Shown in pieces: positions 1-11,180 of a stretch of DNA of 64,000 nucleotides. How positions within the stretch are numbered: position 1 is the stretch's first letter; each line of letters opens with the position of its first letter. Position numbers and translations under genes: made by a program. A model generated the notes under the pieces. It was not told where the DNA came from, ran no database searches, and saw only the letters and a list, made by a program, of their open reading frames with translations. The stretch comes from Felis catus (Eukaryota). The stretch is from positions 71,798,001 through 71,862,000 of the forward strand of contig NC_058368.1 of the NCBI RefSeq assembly GCF_018350175.1. Reading direction: 5' to 3'.

Positions 1-310
1 CCTAGATCCTCTGATGGGAAGACTGGGAACTACAGGGTAACCTAAGGCTAGGGACTAGAATCATCTGGTAGCATCTTCAGTTACATGTTTGGTGTTTGGT
101 GCTGGCCATCAGCTGAGTTCTCAGCTACGTTCTTCACTTAAACACCTGTATGTGTCCTTTCCACAGCATCTCTCCACATGGGCTAGTTTGGGCTTCCTCA
201 CAGCATTGTGGCTGAGTTCCAAGGAGCAGCTTCCCAAGGCAGGCATATGTGGCATTGTTAAGCCTTGGAAGTCACAAAGAGTTACTTTATACTGGTGAAA
301 CAGTCCAAGT
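1..310 (-). mobile_element. MaLR LTR fragment (MLT1, older subfamily), cut by the window edge
   Basis: MLT1 antisense motifs 'ggctagtttgggcttcctcacagcat' and 'gccttggaagtcaca'; family recalled from consensus. Confidence 0.65.
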
Positions 311-827
311 TTCGGTGGCAATGTTTGGAAAACACAATCTGGCAGAAGACACCTTTTGGCCACAACAGTTCATATACCTTCCACATGTTGAGTTTATTCC
401 CTCCCTTCTCTGAGAATGCTCATATTAGGTCTTGCACAGAATTATCCAGGGGTGGCTTGAGTAGGAGAGCTTTTGCCTAACACATAAGTCATAATCTTTC
501 CTCCCCAAATCTGCCCAAAATAAGCATGCTAAGTAAAAATGGTAAGCACCTCTGCAGATATTAGAACAATTAGAAATGTCTTCAGGGCATTAGAAAAAAG
601 ACAAAGCTATCAGCAAGGCCCCTAAATAAACATGTAATCTGATCAAAAGCAGGGTGATTATTATATGTATTTTACCATAATTAAAAAAAATTTTTTTAAA
701 TATGTGTTTTCAAAACAAAAGTGGGAGTGGGTTCCATGGTTACATCATGTTTGGAAGAGTTAAGTATTATAGTTGTTTTGTTTTCAGATTTACTGCACAC
801 CAGAGAAATCTAGAGTAAAAGCCTTAC

Positions 828-951
828 TTTCTTCTGTATAAAAGCATTTTTTAGAATGAACTGACCAAGGAGAACATAGTTTTGAATGTAAGGGAAGCAG
901 ATCATCTCTAGGGTCCATTGTGGTGCTAAGTCCTATGATTGTTTTCTGAGT
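828..951 (-). other. Candidate internal exon (124 nt) of a minus-strand transcript
   Basis: Minus-strand acceptor tttactcttttcag| and donor AAA|GTAAGG; one open frame (TQKTIIGLSTTMDPRDDLL...); no homology recognised. Confidence 0.25.
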
Positions 952-1015
952 CTGAAAAGAGTAAACCCCAGATGGTATTAATTCTGACATTTATTTGCTG
1001 CCTTTTCCTGAACTC

Positions 1016-1020
<5 letters not shown>

Positions 1021-1065
<45 letters not shown>
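1021..1065. repeat. Poly(T)45 homopolymer
   Basis: 45 consecutive T. Confidence 0.98.
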
Positions 1066-1067
<2 letters not shown>

Positions 1068-1560
1068 CACAGATGTGTCTGGATAGTGACAGATGGGAAA
1101 GAATCTTCTTCAGTGACCAGAATCTGTGCCGACAGCCTTGGGAGCCCAAATTAAGCTGCATTTATTTCCTTGGGCTCTCTGAGTACTGGGTGAAAGGAGC
1201 CTCCTCAAAATATTTGAGGGTTGCTTGAATACAAGTATTTTGTGTGTGAGTGGTTTTCAATTGCTTTCTTTGTTAGTAATACTAACATGGATCAAAACCC
1301 AGGAAAATATAATCCTAAAAACGCTTCAAATTCCCTGTAGAATTTTATTGTATTTGTTGTATTTTGTTTGATTGTTGCATGAGCTAGAGAGTTTTTACAA
1401 GGGATCTTTTCTTTGTAATTATGTTTATTGTATCAGAAATCTGATTTGTGATAATCTGATACAGACCGTCTTTAGTCAAATTGTACATAAGCACTTAATC
1501 CTTTTAGACTTCCTTCAAAAGGTGAATTATTTGGTAATCAGGAATCATCACATAATTTAT

Positions 1561-1785
1561 TTTATTTTATTATTTTTTTAAACATTTATTTATTATTGAG
1601 AGACAGAGAGACACAGAGCATGAGCAGGGGAGGGGTAGAGAGAGAGGGAGACACAGAATCCAAAGCAGGCTCCAGGCTCTGAACTGCCAGCACAGAGCCC
1701 AACGCAGGGCTTGAACCCACGAACAGTGAGATCATGACCTGAACCGAAATCGGCTGCCCAACCGACTGAGCCACCCAGGTGCCCC
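1561..1785 (-). mobile_element. Can-SINE (felid SINEC_Fc type)
   Basis: Antisense head 'gagccacccaggtgcccc', (GA)n tract and T-rich tail; TSD atcacataatttatttta at 1547 and 1787. Confidence 0.97.
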
Positions 1786-2159
1786 AATCACATAATTTAT
1801 TTTAAAACAATACTTTTAGGTGCTCACTAATGATAGAAAATTCCAGAGAAATGACTATACTTTATTAAGATGACACTTGAACCAAAAAAATATATTTGTA
1901 CTACTTGATTCCTAGCATTGAATTGGCCTGGTAGGAAACCAAGAAAATTATTTGATAGTGTGATTATGATACCTGGCTTCCTCTTTCTTTACCTATTTCC
2001 CATTGCAGGGTCTAAAAAAGGGGGGGCACTGCTTTTTCAGCCTCCTTGCAACTGATCGTCTTTGACCTACCCGAGAAAACAGGAAAGCACGTGAGGACAC
2101 GTCTCTTCTAGGATGGTTATTATTGCTGCTTCCTCCTTTTGATGTTGTGCTATCGAGGG

Positions 2160-2312
2160 TATGAGTGGGGCTGTGGTAGCCACTTTGCCAGTCATAAGGA
2201 AAAGGCCAGAACCTCACAAAGCGGTTGACCCAGAGCGCTGGGTGGATTGGCTCTGGAACCACCTGCACCTAGATTTCTCACTGTGTGTGATAACTAAATG
2301 CCTCTGTTATTT
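2160..2312 (+). mobile_element. MaLR LTR fragment (MLT1J/K-like)
   Basis: 'gtggtagccactttgccagtcataaggaaaaggcc ... agatttctcactgtgtgtgataactaaatg'. Confidence 0.5.
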
Positions 2313-2430
2313 CAACAAATTCAATTCAACAATATTTATTGAATATCTATAATGTGTTTGGGGCTGTTCTAGGTACTTTAGAAGATTTCAATAAACAAAG
2401 ATCCTTGACCTCATGGAGTTAATTCTAGCC
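2313..2430 (-). mobile_element. L2 LINE 3' end
   Basis: 'ttcaacaatatttattgaatatctataatgtg ... ccttgacctcatggagtt'. Confidence 0.7.
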
Positions 2431-2583
2431 CTTTTTAGACAGATACTATTACCTGTCTTTTAAAGCATTCCCTATTGTTGGTGGTGTAATGTAGACTTTT
2501 GTGGGTCAGGTGCAGTGGTGTGCTGAGGCTGGCTCCTACCAGCTTGCAAGAATTTGTGGTTAAATTCAGAAATTTTGAGAACT

Positions 2584-2813
2584 GGGGCTCCTGGGTGGCT
2601 CAGTTGGTTGGACATCACACTTCAGCTCAGGTCATGATCTCGCGGCTCATGAGTTTGAGCCCCGTGTTGGGCTCTGTGCTGACAGCTCAAAGCCTGAAGC
2701 CTGCTTCAGATTCTATGATTCCCTCTCTCTCTGTCTGTCTGCCCCTCACCTGTGCATGCTTTGTCTCTCTCTTTCTCAAAAATAAATAAACATTAAAAAA
2801 ATAAAAAGAAAAA
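2584..2813 (+). mobile_element. Can-SINE
   Basis: Head 'ggggctcctgggtggctcag', (CT)n tract and A tail; 16-bp TSD agaaattttgagaact (2568 and 2814). Confidence 0.97.
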
Positions 2814-3522
2814 AGAAATTTTGAGAACTGGTTGTTAAATACAACCATTATTAAAAACTAAATTGTATACATTTATAATTAAATCAGTTGTATTAAAAAA
2901 CAAACTCTTTACTTCCTGTTTAATTTAATATCTAACCTTTTGAGGTTTTTACATTTACTCTATTTAGATGATATAAATAGTATATAATGGTGTGCTACTG
3001 TGCATCTTTTCCCAAGTTCACATTCAATGTCACTTTGGTGGCTTGAAATCTGCAATAGTGGGAGTATTTATGCCATGGGAGTTGACAACTGCTACAAGTT
3101 AGGGCTTGATTTATTGGTTTAATGACTGTCTAGACATAAGAAGGGATGGAGGAAATATTAATAATGCAGATTAAACTTTAAGACTGTCATATCTGTAACC
3201 ATTACATTGTGAACAGCATAAAACTTGGAGGAAATATTCTTTCTGCATTAGAAAATTATCTGATTCAGCAAGGGAGTCAATAATGTCAATGATGAGCAAG
3301 TGCAAGTTTGAATATGTTTTCATTGTTTCACCTTACTTGTTAATGTAAATAAACACATCAACTGACATTCTTGTCAAAACTACATTTGCTTATCAGTTGC
3401 AACCATGGGTTGACACAGACACAAGAGTTTGGCAAAAGATCAAGGAAAGTGTTCTGTGAGAATTGACTGACTAAATACAACTTACAAGGAAGAATACTGT
3501 ATGCTTTATCACTTGTGAACTG

Positions 3523-3559
3523 TTATTTATTTTATTTAAAAATGTTTATTTACTTATTG

Positions 3560-3591
<32 letters not shown>

Positions 3592-3716
3592 TCCCAGGCA
3601 GGCTCCACTGCCAGTGCAGAGCTTGATGTGCGGCTTGATCTCACAAACTGTGATATCATTACCTGAGCCAAAATCAAAAGTCAGATGCTTAACCCACTGA
3701 GCCACCCAGGTGCCCC
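3523..3716 (-). mobile_element. Can-SINE
   Basis: T-rich tail, (GA)n tract, antisense head 'gagccacccaggtgcccc'. Confidence 0.95.
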
Positions 3717-4970
3717 TGTGATACATGTCTTTAAGAATAGATAAATGTTAAAAATGGCAATATATTTTTGTATGTATACACTTACATGTTTTGTTTTAGA
3801 GAGATCACTGGTTAGGTGGGATCAAGGGGGAAACAGAATAAGAAAATGAATAAGAACAAAGAGAATTGCCAGGCTATCCAACCCAAACCATTTTGTAGGA
3901 CTACTCTGGAATCCCTGTTCTTAGAAGTCCACATATGAAGCCAGACTTTGAATCTAGCATTGTGAGCAATTATCTAATCTGACCAGAACAGTTAATTTCA
4001 TCCCACTGAAACAGTTTCGGTTACTAAACCCAAATAGTCCTTCATCAGGAGAACTATAGAAACTATGAACCAGATGACTTTGATATAACATGTGTGATTT
4101 GGACTATAACTGTCCTGAGTATATGACCCCAGTCACTGTAAATTGTGAACATGTTACTAAGAGGCCCATCTAGCACCCAGTTTGTAATGTGCCTTCCTAA
4201 CATGTCCCATTATGTGATGTAGTGGCCTGTGCCCCATTGAGGAACTAGCACGTTGAGGACATAAAGTAAAGCAGAGCACAAAATGCAAACACATACCAAC
4301 AGGCAAAGGTGATATGGGACCTCCCTGGTCAGATTCTCCTTTATGAACTAGGGACTTTACCCACACATTCTACACATGTGATTATTTTCTCTCCCCTTGG
4401 GGAAAGAAATTGGAATGAACAAATTCTAATTATTAAACAAGTTACCAAAGGGTTCTGTATGCCCTTCTCAAAAGAGAAATACCTCAACAAGGGAAGAACA
4501 TGCAATATTTGCAAAATCCCTTAGATACATTTCTTATTTGCCTAACAAGTTTGGTGACTGCTGGTTAATGGTGCCATTGGAGAAAAAGTTCCCATTAAAT
4601 CTTATCAAATGAGTTCAGAGAGATGACTGGATTCACCATGGCCCAGGTTACCACCATGGGAGCTATAAAGGGATCTCTTTGTGAAGCAGCTGTCGGAGAG
4701 TGCCATGGAGTGGAGCTGTGACTTGTCTACAAAAGCTTCTTTGTCCTTTACCAAGAAGACTCCAGGCCTACTTGGCTGTTTGGCAAAAAAAAAAAAAAAA
4801 AGAAAAGTTCACCTCACTAGCAGAGGCCTGAAACCAGTGTGGATAATTTGTGAACATTGTTATCATTGTCTTAGATTTAGATTTTTTTTTTAAAGCACAA
4901 AAATGGTTGACTGTTTTCAATATTTGGGCATATTGAAACTTTCATCTAAAAACCTTTGCCTCCCATCCAT

Positions 4971-5254
4971 TTATTTATTTATTTTTTTAAGGTTTTTTTT
5001 TTCTTTTTAATTTATTTTGAGAAAAAGAGGGAGAGAGAGAGAGAGAGAGAGAGAGGGAACCAGCAGGGGAGGGGCAGACAGAGAGACAGAGAGAGAGAAA
5101 GAGAGGGAGAGAGAGGGAGAGAGAGGATCCCAAGCAGGCCCCACGTTGTCAGTGCAGAGACCGGTGCAGGGCTTGAGCTTACGAACCATGAGATCATGAC
5201 CTGACCCGAGATCAAGAGTCAGATGCTTAGCTGACTGAGCCACCCAGGCACCCC
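4971..5254 (-). mobile_element. Can-SINE with long (GA)n tract
   Basis: Antisense head 'gagccacccaggcacccc'; T-rich tail. Confidence 0.96.
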
Positions 5255-5854
5255 ATTTCTTATTTATTTTTTAAAACTCCTTTGTCTCTTATAGTTACCA
5301 TGAATGTAGCATATTGACTGAACTTGAGTTCCTGTCTGTTAATATAATATTTACTTAATTGATACATACATGAGAACTTAAAATATTATTTTATGATTTA
5401 TATTAGAAGACATTACTTCAAAAATAATTTTAGCTCAAGAGGATTCTCATCAGTGAATGTGTAAAACTGAAGTGATATGGAGAGATCGACCTCATTACAT
5501 GGCTGTTTTACCTACCACTAAAGACAGGTGACTTTGTACAGCTTCATTCAGGACCCATTATTTTGTTAAGAATTTGGTAGGCAAAGCCTAGCTCAGAGAT
5601 GCAATCCCCCTTGATTTCAGCAAGACTTAAAATAAGTTAGGAAGTAAGGAAAGGAAAAAAAATCATTTATGAGGACAGATAATGATACCTTCTAAATGTA
5701 AACATTTACCCCTTGGAGATGAGCTCAGTTCACTCAGAAATCTCACTGGAATCAATGCTGCTTGCTTACAGTGCACTTATATCCCATTTCTACCCTTATG
5801 GAGAGAGGAATCACAGTAGGTGGAAAGAGAAGTTAGCTAGATCCAGGTCTATAC

Positions 5855-6020
5855 TTTCCTTCTGCTACTTACTGAGTAAGCTTGGGCAAGTCCCTTGATC
5901 CCTATGAGCCTCTATTTCCTCATCTGTGAAGTGGGGATAATAACAAGTAGCACATAGGTTATTGTGTTTATCACATGAGAAAATGTCGTCATGACCCCTT
6001 AGCAAATGTTGAGCCAGACT
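5855..6020 (+). mobile_element. MIR SINE
   Basis: MIR core 'cttgggcaagtcccttg ... tttcctcatctgtgaagtggggataataa'. Confidence 0.8.
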
Positions 6021-6359
6021 CAACGTGGAGTAAGAAATGACACGTACCTTCAAGTAAGTTACAGTGTAGCAGGCCTTTGAAAACTGATTTATGATGATGA
6101 TTTAGGCATAATATAGTGATTTCTTGCTAGCTACTGATGGATATTATTGCATTATTTCAGTGAGAGATAGTATGGTTGGAACCCTATAGGGAAAATAATG
6201 GGAAAATGTCATTTGGGACAGTGTGAGTGTGCTTACACCTGACCAAAAAAACATTTCAAGATGAAAAACCTAGTGATAACTTTTTCTCTCCTATTCTACC
6301 CCTATCTTGACCTCTATAAAAGATAAATCACAAGGGCAACATCAAAACTCAAAGTGGCT

Positions 6360-7730
6360 ACTACCCAATTGAAAAAAACTGGGCAAAGGATTTAAATAGA
6401 CATTTGTTATGGGCTGAATTGTGTCCCCTCCCCTCCAAATTAGTACACTGACATGTTAACCCCTGGTACCTCAAAATTTACAGGGTCTTTAAAGAATGTT
6501 AAATGAGGTCATTGGGGTGGTCCTGAATGCAGTAGGACTGGTGTCCTTATAAAAAGAGGAGATTAGGACACAGGCACAGAAAGACCACATGAAGACACAG
6601 GGAGCAGACAGCCATGTACAAACTATGGAGAGAGACCTCAGAAGAAACCAAATCTGCTGACACTTTGAACTCAGACTTCTAGCTTCCAGAACTGTGAGAA
6701 AGTAAATTTCTGTTGCTTAAGCCACCTAGTCTGTGGTACTTTGTTATGGCAGTCCTTGCAAACTATGACATTTCTCCAAAGATATACAAATAGCCAATGA
6801 GCGCATGAAAAGATGCTGAGTATCACTGGTCAGCAGGGAAATGCAAGTCAAAACCATGAGCCACCACATAACACCTACTACCGATGGCTACAATTAAAAA
6901 AAAACAAAGAAACCTAAAACAGAAAATAAGAAGTATATTGGAACCCTTATACATTGCTGGTGGGAATGTAAAATGGCACAGCTGGCCAGTTTGGTGGTCC
7001 CTCAAAAAGCTAAGTTAGCATGTGATCCAGCAATCCCACTTTTAGGTATGTATGCAAAAGAACTGAAAAGAAACTCAGCTACTTGGGGGCCAGTGTTCAT
7101 CGTGGTATTATTCACAGGAGCCAAATGAAAACAATTGAAATATCCATTGACACATGAATGGATAAACAAAGTGCAGTATATACATATTATGGAGTATTAT
7201 TCAGCCATACAAAGGAATTAAATTTTAACACATGCTACAACATGGGGGAACCTTGAAGACATTATGCTGAGCCAAATAAGCCAAACACAAAAGGACAAAT
7301 ATTGTATGATTCCCCTCACATGAAATATCTAGAATAGGCAAATTCAGAGGGACAGAATATTGGTTAGAGGTTACCTAGGGCTGGGCGGAGGAGGGAAAGA
7401 AGGGGAAGTTATTGCTTACTGAAGAGAGTTTACGTTTGGGGTGATGAAGAGTTCTGGAGATGGATGGTGGTGATGGTTGCACAAAATGTGAATGTACATA
7501 GTGGCTCAGAACTGTGCACTTAAAAATGGTTAAAACAGCAAATTTTATGCCATGTATATTTTACCAAAATCAAGATTATCCCACCAAAAGTGTTAAAATG
7601 GAAGATTTTATGTTATATGTATTTCACAACTTCAAAAAATGAATAATGTAATATGCCCAAACCTACTGAATTATACACTTTAAATGAGTGAATTATGTTA
7701 TGTGAATTATATGTCAGTAAGGCTGTTAAA
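6360..7730 (+). mobile_element. Old L1 3' end (L1MB-like), interrupted by an MLT1 LTR
   Basis: ORF2 C-terminal and 3'UTR motifs 'gggcaaaggatttaaatagacatt|tctccaaagatatac' and 'gatggatggtggtgatggttgcac'. Confidence 0.85.
6405..6770 (+). mobile_element. MaLR solo LTR (MLT1A/B-like)
   Basis: TG...CA ends ('tgttatgggctgaattgtgtccc' to 'ttgttatggcagtccttgcaaactatgaca'); gacattt at both junctions. Confidence 0.9.
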
Positions 7731-9499
7731 AAAAACCTCCCCAAACCCACAGTGGTTGAGAAAAGGAAAGCAACGGAGAACGACAGGAGAAACTGAGGAG
7801 CCCACTGGGGTTTTTTCCAATTTTCCTCTGGCCTCTAACCCACTGACGCGGCTCTGGGACCAGGGAGTGAGCGGAGACTGACAGGCTCTCCTCTGTTGCA
7901 CCCCTTCTTTCCTGAGCCTGAACAATCTCAGGATTAGAAGGCAATGTGCCCTGTGGCTCTTCCTGGGCTGACTGGCCCCCTGCCCTGGGCGGAGAAGGAC
8001 TCCACTAGTGGGTCTGAATCAGCCTCACGTATGGTCAGGTGACATCTGCTTTTTGTCGCCGCCACATGCACTCCCTTAGACTCTATAAACGTGGATTGAA
8101 TGTCCATAAAGAGCCCAGCTTTGGGGCCTCTAAGCGGGATTGTTATTTACTGTTATGTAGTCTGATTTTGCCAACCTCCCATGCCCCCAGGGCTTGTAGG
8201 ATAGTATTTGCTCTGGGGGCCTGAGTGAAAGGTAGTTCTTCACGATCATAAAAACAAGTTGAAATCCTCTCCTGCGATCCAGCCTGCTGATACCAGCTGC
8301 ACTCTGTGCTTTTACATTATGCATGACTCTTGACTGCTCATACTGGAGGAAAAGATACACAATTCCATTAGTGCTTCCCAGCGTTATGTGAAGCGTTTCC
8401 AGGCTACTGCTGCTAATTAATGCTAATATAGAACTGCTTACATATTTATGTCTTAGCACACGCATCATGAAGGTGGCACAATGGTTGTCTTATTTAGGAC
8501 TGATCAAGCCAATTTAGGCTGATTGGAAAGCTAGAGAGATAGGACTTTGCAGTAGATGGCTTTGGCATTGCCACTTCGTGATATTAAACAGGAGACACCC
8601 ACGTAGGTGACTTTCTCTCTGGGGCTGCGCCTGCATACACATATGTGCTCCGGCTGTTCTGTACTCTCCCTTTTCTCTGCCCTTCCTGCCACATTTACAG
8701 CATTTGATAACCAGTGTGGGTCTGTACCTGTGTTCATTCGTCCATGATCTGTCCACCCGTTCAGGTTACAAGCTCCGCCCTGAATCACACACATCATGCA
8801 TGTAACTGCAGCAAACGATGATCTCCCTCTGCCTTTTGTCTTTCTGGCCTCCCTTCCTCTTTGCCTCCACTCTGCTTCCTGCTCAGAATGCACTCTCTTC
8901 TCTCCGTCTCCCTAATCATACTCATTTTTCAAAGTCAAACAAAGACTAGAAGCGAGGGCCAGGAAGAGTGAGAAAAGCAAGGCAGAAAAGCCAGTAGAAG
9001 GGAGGGTTGCTCGGCATGTCACTGCTGGGGGGGGGGGGCAATGGGATCAGTGCCCCCAGCCCTTCTGGGCACCTGTAGCAGGACTGTCCACTCAAGGATG
9101 GTCTTGGAGGAGCCTCCTATGCTTCACAGTCTGGGTTGGCCTGAGGATAGTAATAAGCTCTGAATGGAAATAGAGTGGGCTCCCTCCCAGTTCTCTGAAA
9201 GGTGCAGGGTGAAGGTAAGTTCCCTGGGCAGGTAATAAATCAAGTGAAAGCTCCGTGGGACTGCTGTCCACAGCTGCAGCAGGAATCCAAGGTGAGGTGG
9301 GCACAGAGGCACCTGCTATATCAACTGGTGAAATGAAAGAAGCCCCATCTCAGCCATTCCAGCGAGCCCTCACCACCCAAGGGCGTCTGGGTGGCTCAAT
9401 TTGAATTGGTGTCCCCTCCTCATTCTTTCCCCTTTCCTCATCTCCACCTGAATCCTTCCCTTGAGGGTCTCCCTGCAGTGTTAAACTCAATCACAGCTC

Positions 9500-9660
9500 T
9501 TCATTCATCCATTCGAGCATTTGTTAGGGCTGGAGCAGGCTCTTTGCTGGCACTGGGAATAAAAAGAGAATAAAGGAAGGGACTATGCTGGTCGCAGAAC
9601 CAAGACATGAAGACATGGTCCCTGAAACAGACTGCAGTGCGATGCTGGTCCGCCAGGTAA
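9500..9660 (-). mobile_element. L2 fragment
   Basis: 'tcattcatccattcgagcatttgttagg ... ggcactgggaat'. Confidence 0.55.
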
Positions 9661-9689
9661 AAAGGCTCACACACTTATCTCAGATATTT

Positions 9690-9904
9690 AGCTCCCTCTT
9701 GCTCTCCCCCTCCCTTTCCCTTTCTCCTGAGGACACAGTGAGAAAGTGGCCATCTGTGAGCCAGGAAGAGGGCTGTCACCGGAACCTAATCAGCTGGCAC
9801 CTTGACCTGGACATACCAGCCTCAGAACTCTGAGCAATAAATGTGTGTCACTTAAGCCCCCAGTCTATGGTATTTTGTTATGGCAGCTGGAGCTGACTGA
9901 GACA
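9690..9904 (+). mobile_element. MLT1A-like LTR, 3' half
   Basis: 'gaggacacagtgagaaagtggccatctgtgagccaggaagaggg ... ttgttatggcagc ... gactgagaca'. Confidence 0.85.
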
Positions 9905-9937
9905 GCACCTTTCATTCCCCTTACAGACTGGCATGAG

Positions 9938-9995
9938 GGGGTGGAGCCCAGAGACCTGAATGTTTGAAGTTCCCCAGGTGATTCCAGTGCAGGTA
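9938..9995. mobile_element. MER5A-like hAT fragment
   Basis: 'ggggtggagcccagagacctgaatgttt ... ccccaggtgattc'. Confidence 0.55.
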
Positions 9996-10059
9996 AGTCA
10001 TGAACCTACCTTGGTGAATACAGACAGTTTAGCCCTCTCATCCGACAGCTGATGCCATT

Positions 10060-11180
10060 TGCTCAAATCTCCTGCCACCAGAACTGCCTCGCCACGCTCC
10101 TGCTTTGAGCCATTTCCCACGCAGCAGTCAGAGAGATATGTAAAGACTGAAGGTAGATCAAGACATTCCTTTGGTCAAAACCCATTAAGGGCTTGCCATT
10201 ATACCTAGCATGAAATCTAAAACTTAAAGCACAAATCATTCCTATATGCTTTTCACCCAACTTCCCCATATGATAAAACCTTACAAAACTGCAGTCCAAC
10301 TATCAAATTCAGAAAATGAACGTCGATGCGGTATTGTTCTCCAATATGCAGACCCTGGCCAAATGTCACCAACTATTCCATTAACATCATTTTTTGGAAC
10401 CGGGATCCCACGTTTGGTTGTCTTCTCTCAAGTCTCTTTTCACCTGGCAGAGTTCCTCAAACTTTCTTTTTCTTTCAAGACTTTAACATTTTTGAAAATT
10501 ATGGGCTGCTCGTTTCATAAAATGCCCCGCATTTTCAGTTTGTCTGCTATCTTTTCATGGTTAATTTAGGTTATGCATTTTGGGGCAAGAATACCAGAGA
10601 AACCACGTTACGTCCTTCTCAGTGCATCCTATCAGGAGGCATATTGTGATTACACTTTTCATTACATGTGTTAAGTTTGATTAGTTGGTTAAGGTGGTAC
10701 CTGTCTGGTTTTTTTTCACTGGAAAGCTATTATTTTCAAAATATAGAACTGGTACCATGACGGAAAGACCGGATATGATCCGGCCTCTCTTTACTTCTAT
10801 GTTTCTGTCTCCTTCCACTCCTCCTTTCTTTCAGTTCCTCAAATACACCGGTCTCTTTCCTACCTCATGGCCTTTGTTCATGCTGTGCCTTTTTCCAGGA
10901 CCTTCCTTCCCACCCCCTTTGCCTGCTAGCTCCTTCTCATAATTTAGGCCTCAGCCTTTTGAGCTTCACAATCTAATCTAGGTCCTCCCCGGATTCTTTC
11001 TTGAAGTATTTTGCACTGTCTTATAACATTTATCTATATTTTGAATTATATATAATTTGTACAAAGTCTTTCTCCCCAGCTAGATTTCAGGCTACCTGAG
11101 GGGAAGGACTTTGTCACTTTTGTTTACTATTATTTGTCTAGAACCTAGCACAGTGCCTGACAGAATAGTCATTCCATCAT
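10060..11180 (+). mobile_element. L2 LINE (3' portion) split by an L1 fragment
   Basis: L2 motifs on both sides, ending 'ctagaacctagcacagtgcctgacagaatag'. Confidence 0.7.
10235..10740 (-). mobile_element. Old L1 3'UTR fragment (L1MC-like)
   Basis: 'ttaggttatgcattttggggcaagaatacc ... ccttctcagtgcatcctatcaggaggca'. Confidence 0.75.

Larger units (their letters stand above)
2513..3812 (+). mobile_element. hAT DNA transposon (MER63-like) interrupted by two SINEs
   Basis: Starts with the MER63-type terminus 'cagtggtgtgctgaggctggctc' and continues past the SINE as 'ggttgttaaatacaaccattatt'. Confidence 0.75.

Noticed and set aside
1073..1154. 'VWIVTDGKESS' resembling a VWA-domain motif
   Set aside because: Too short, followed soon by a stop, with no supporting exons
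2584..2660. tRNA-like A/B-box sequence
   Set aside because: tRNA-derived SINE head; no cloverleaf gene
3830..4900. Unassigned segment; minus-strand 'KLVRQIRNVSKGFCKY' faintly like CR1/L3 ORF2, plus paired CACCATGG
   Set aside because: Similarity too weak to call without a search; the plus-strand ATG frame is only 27 codons
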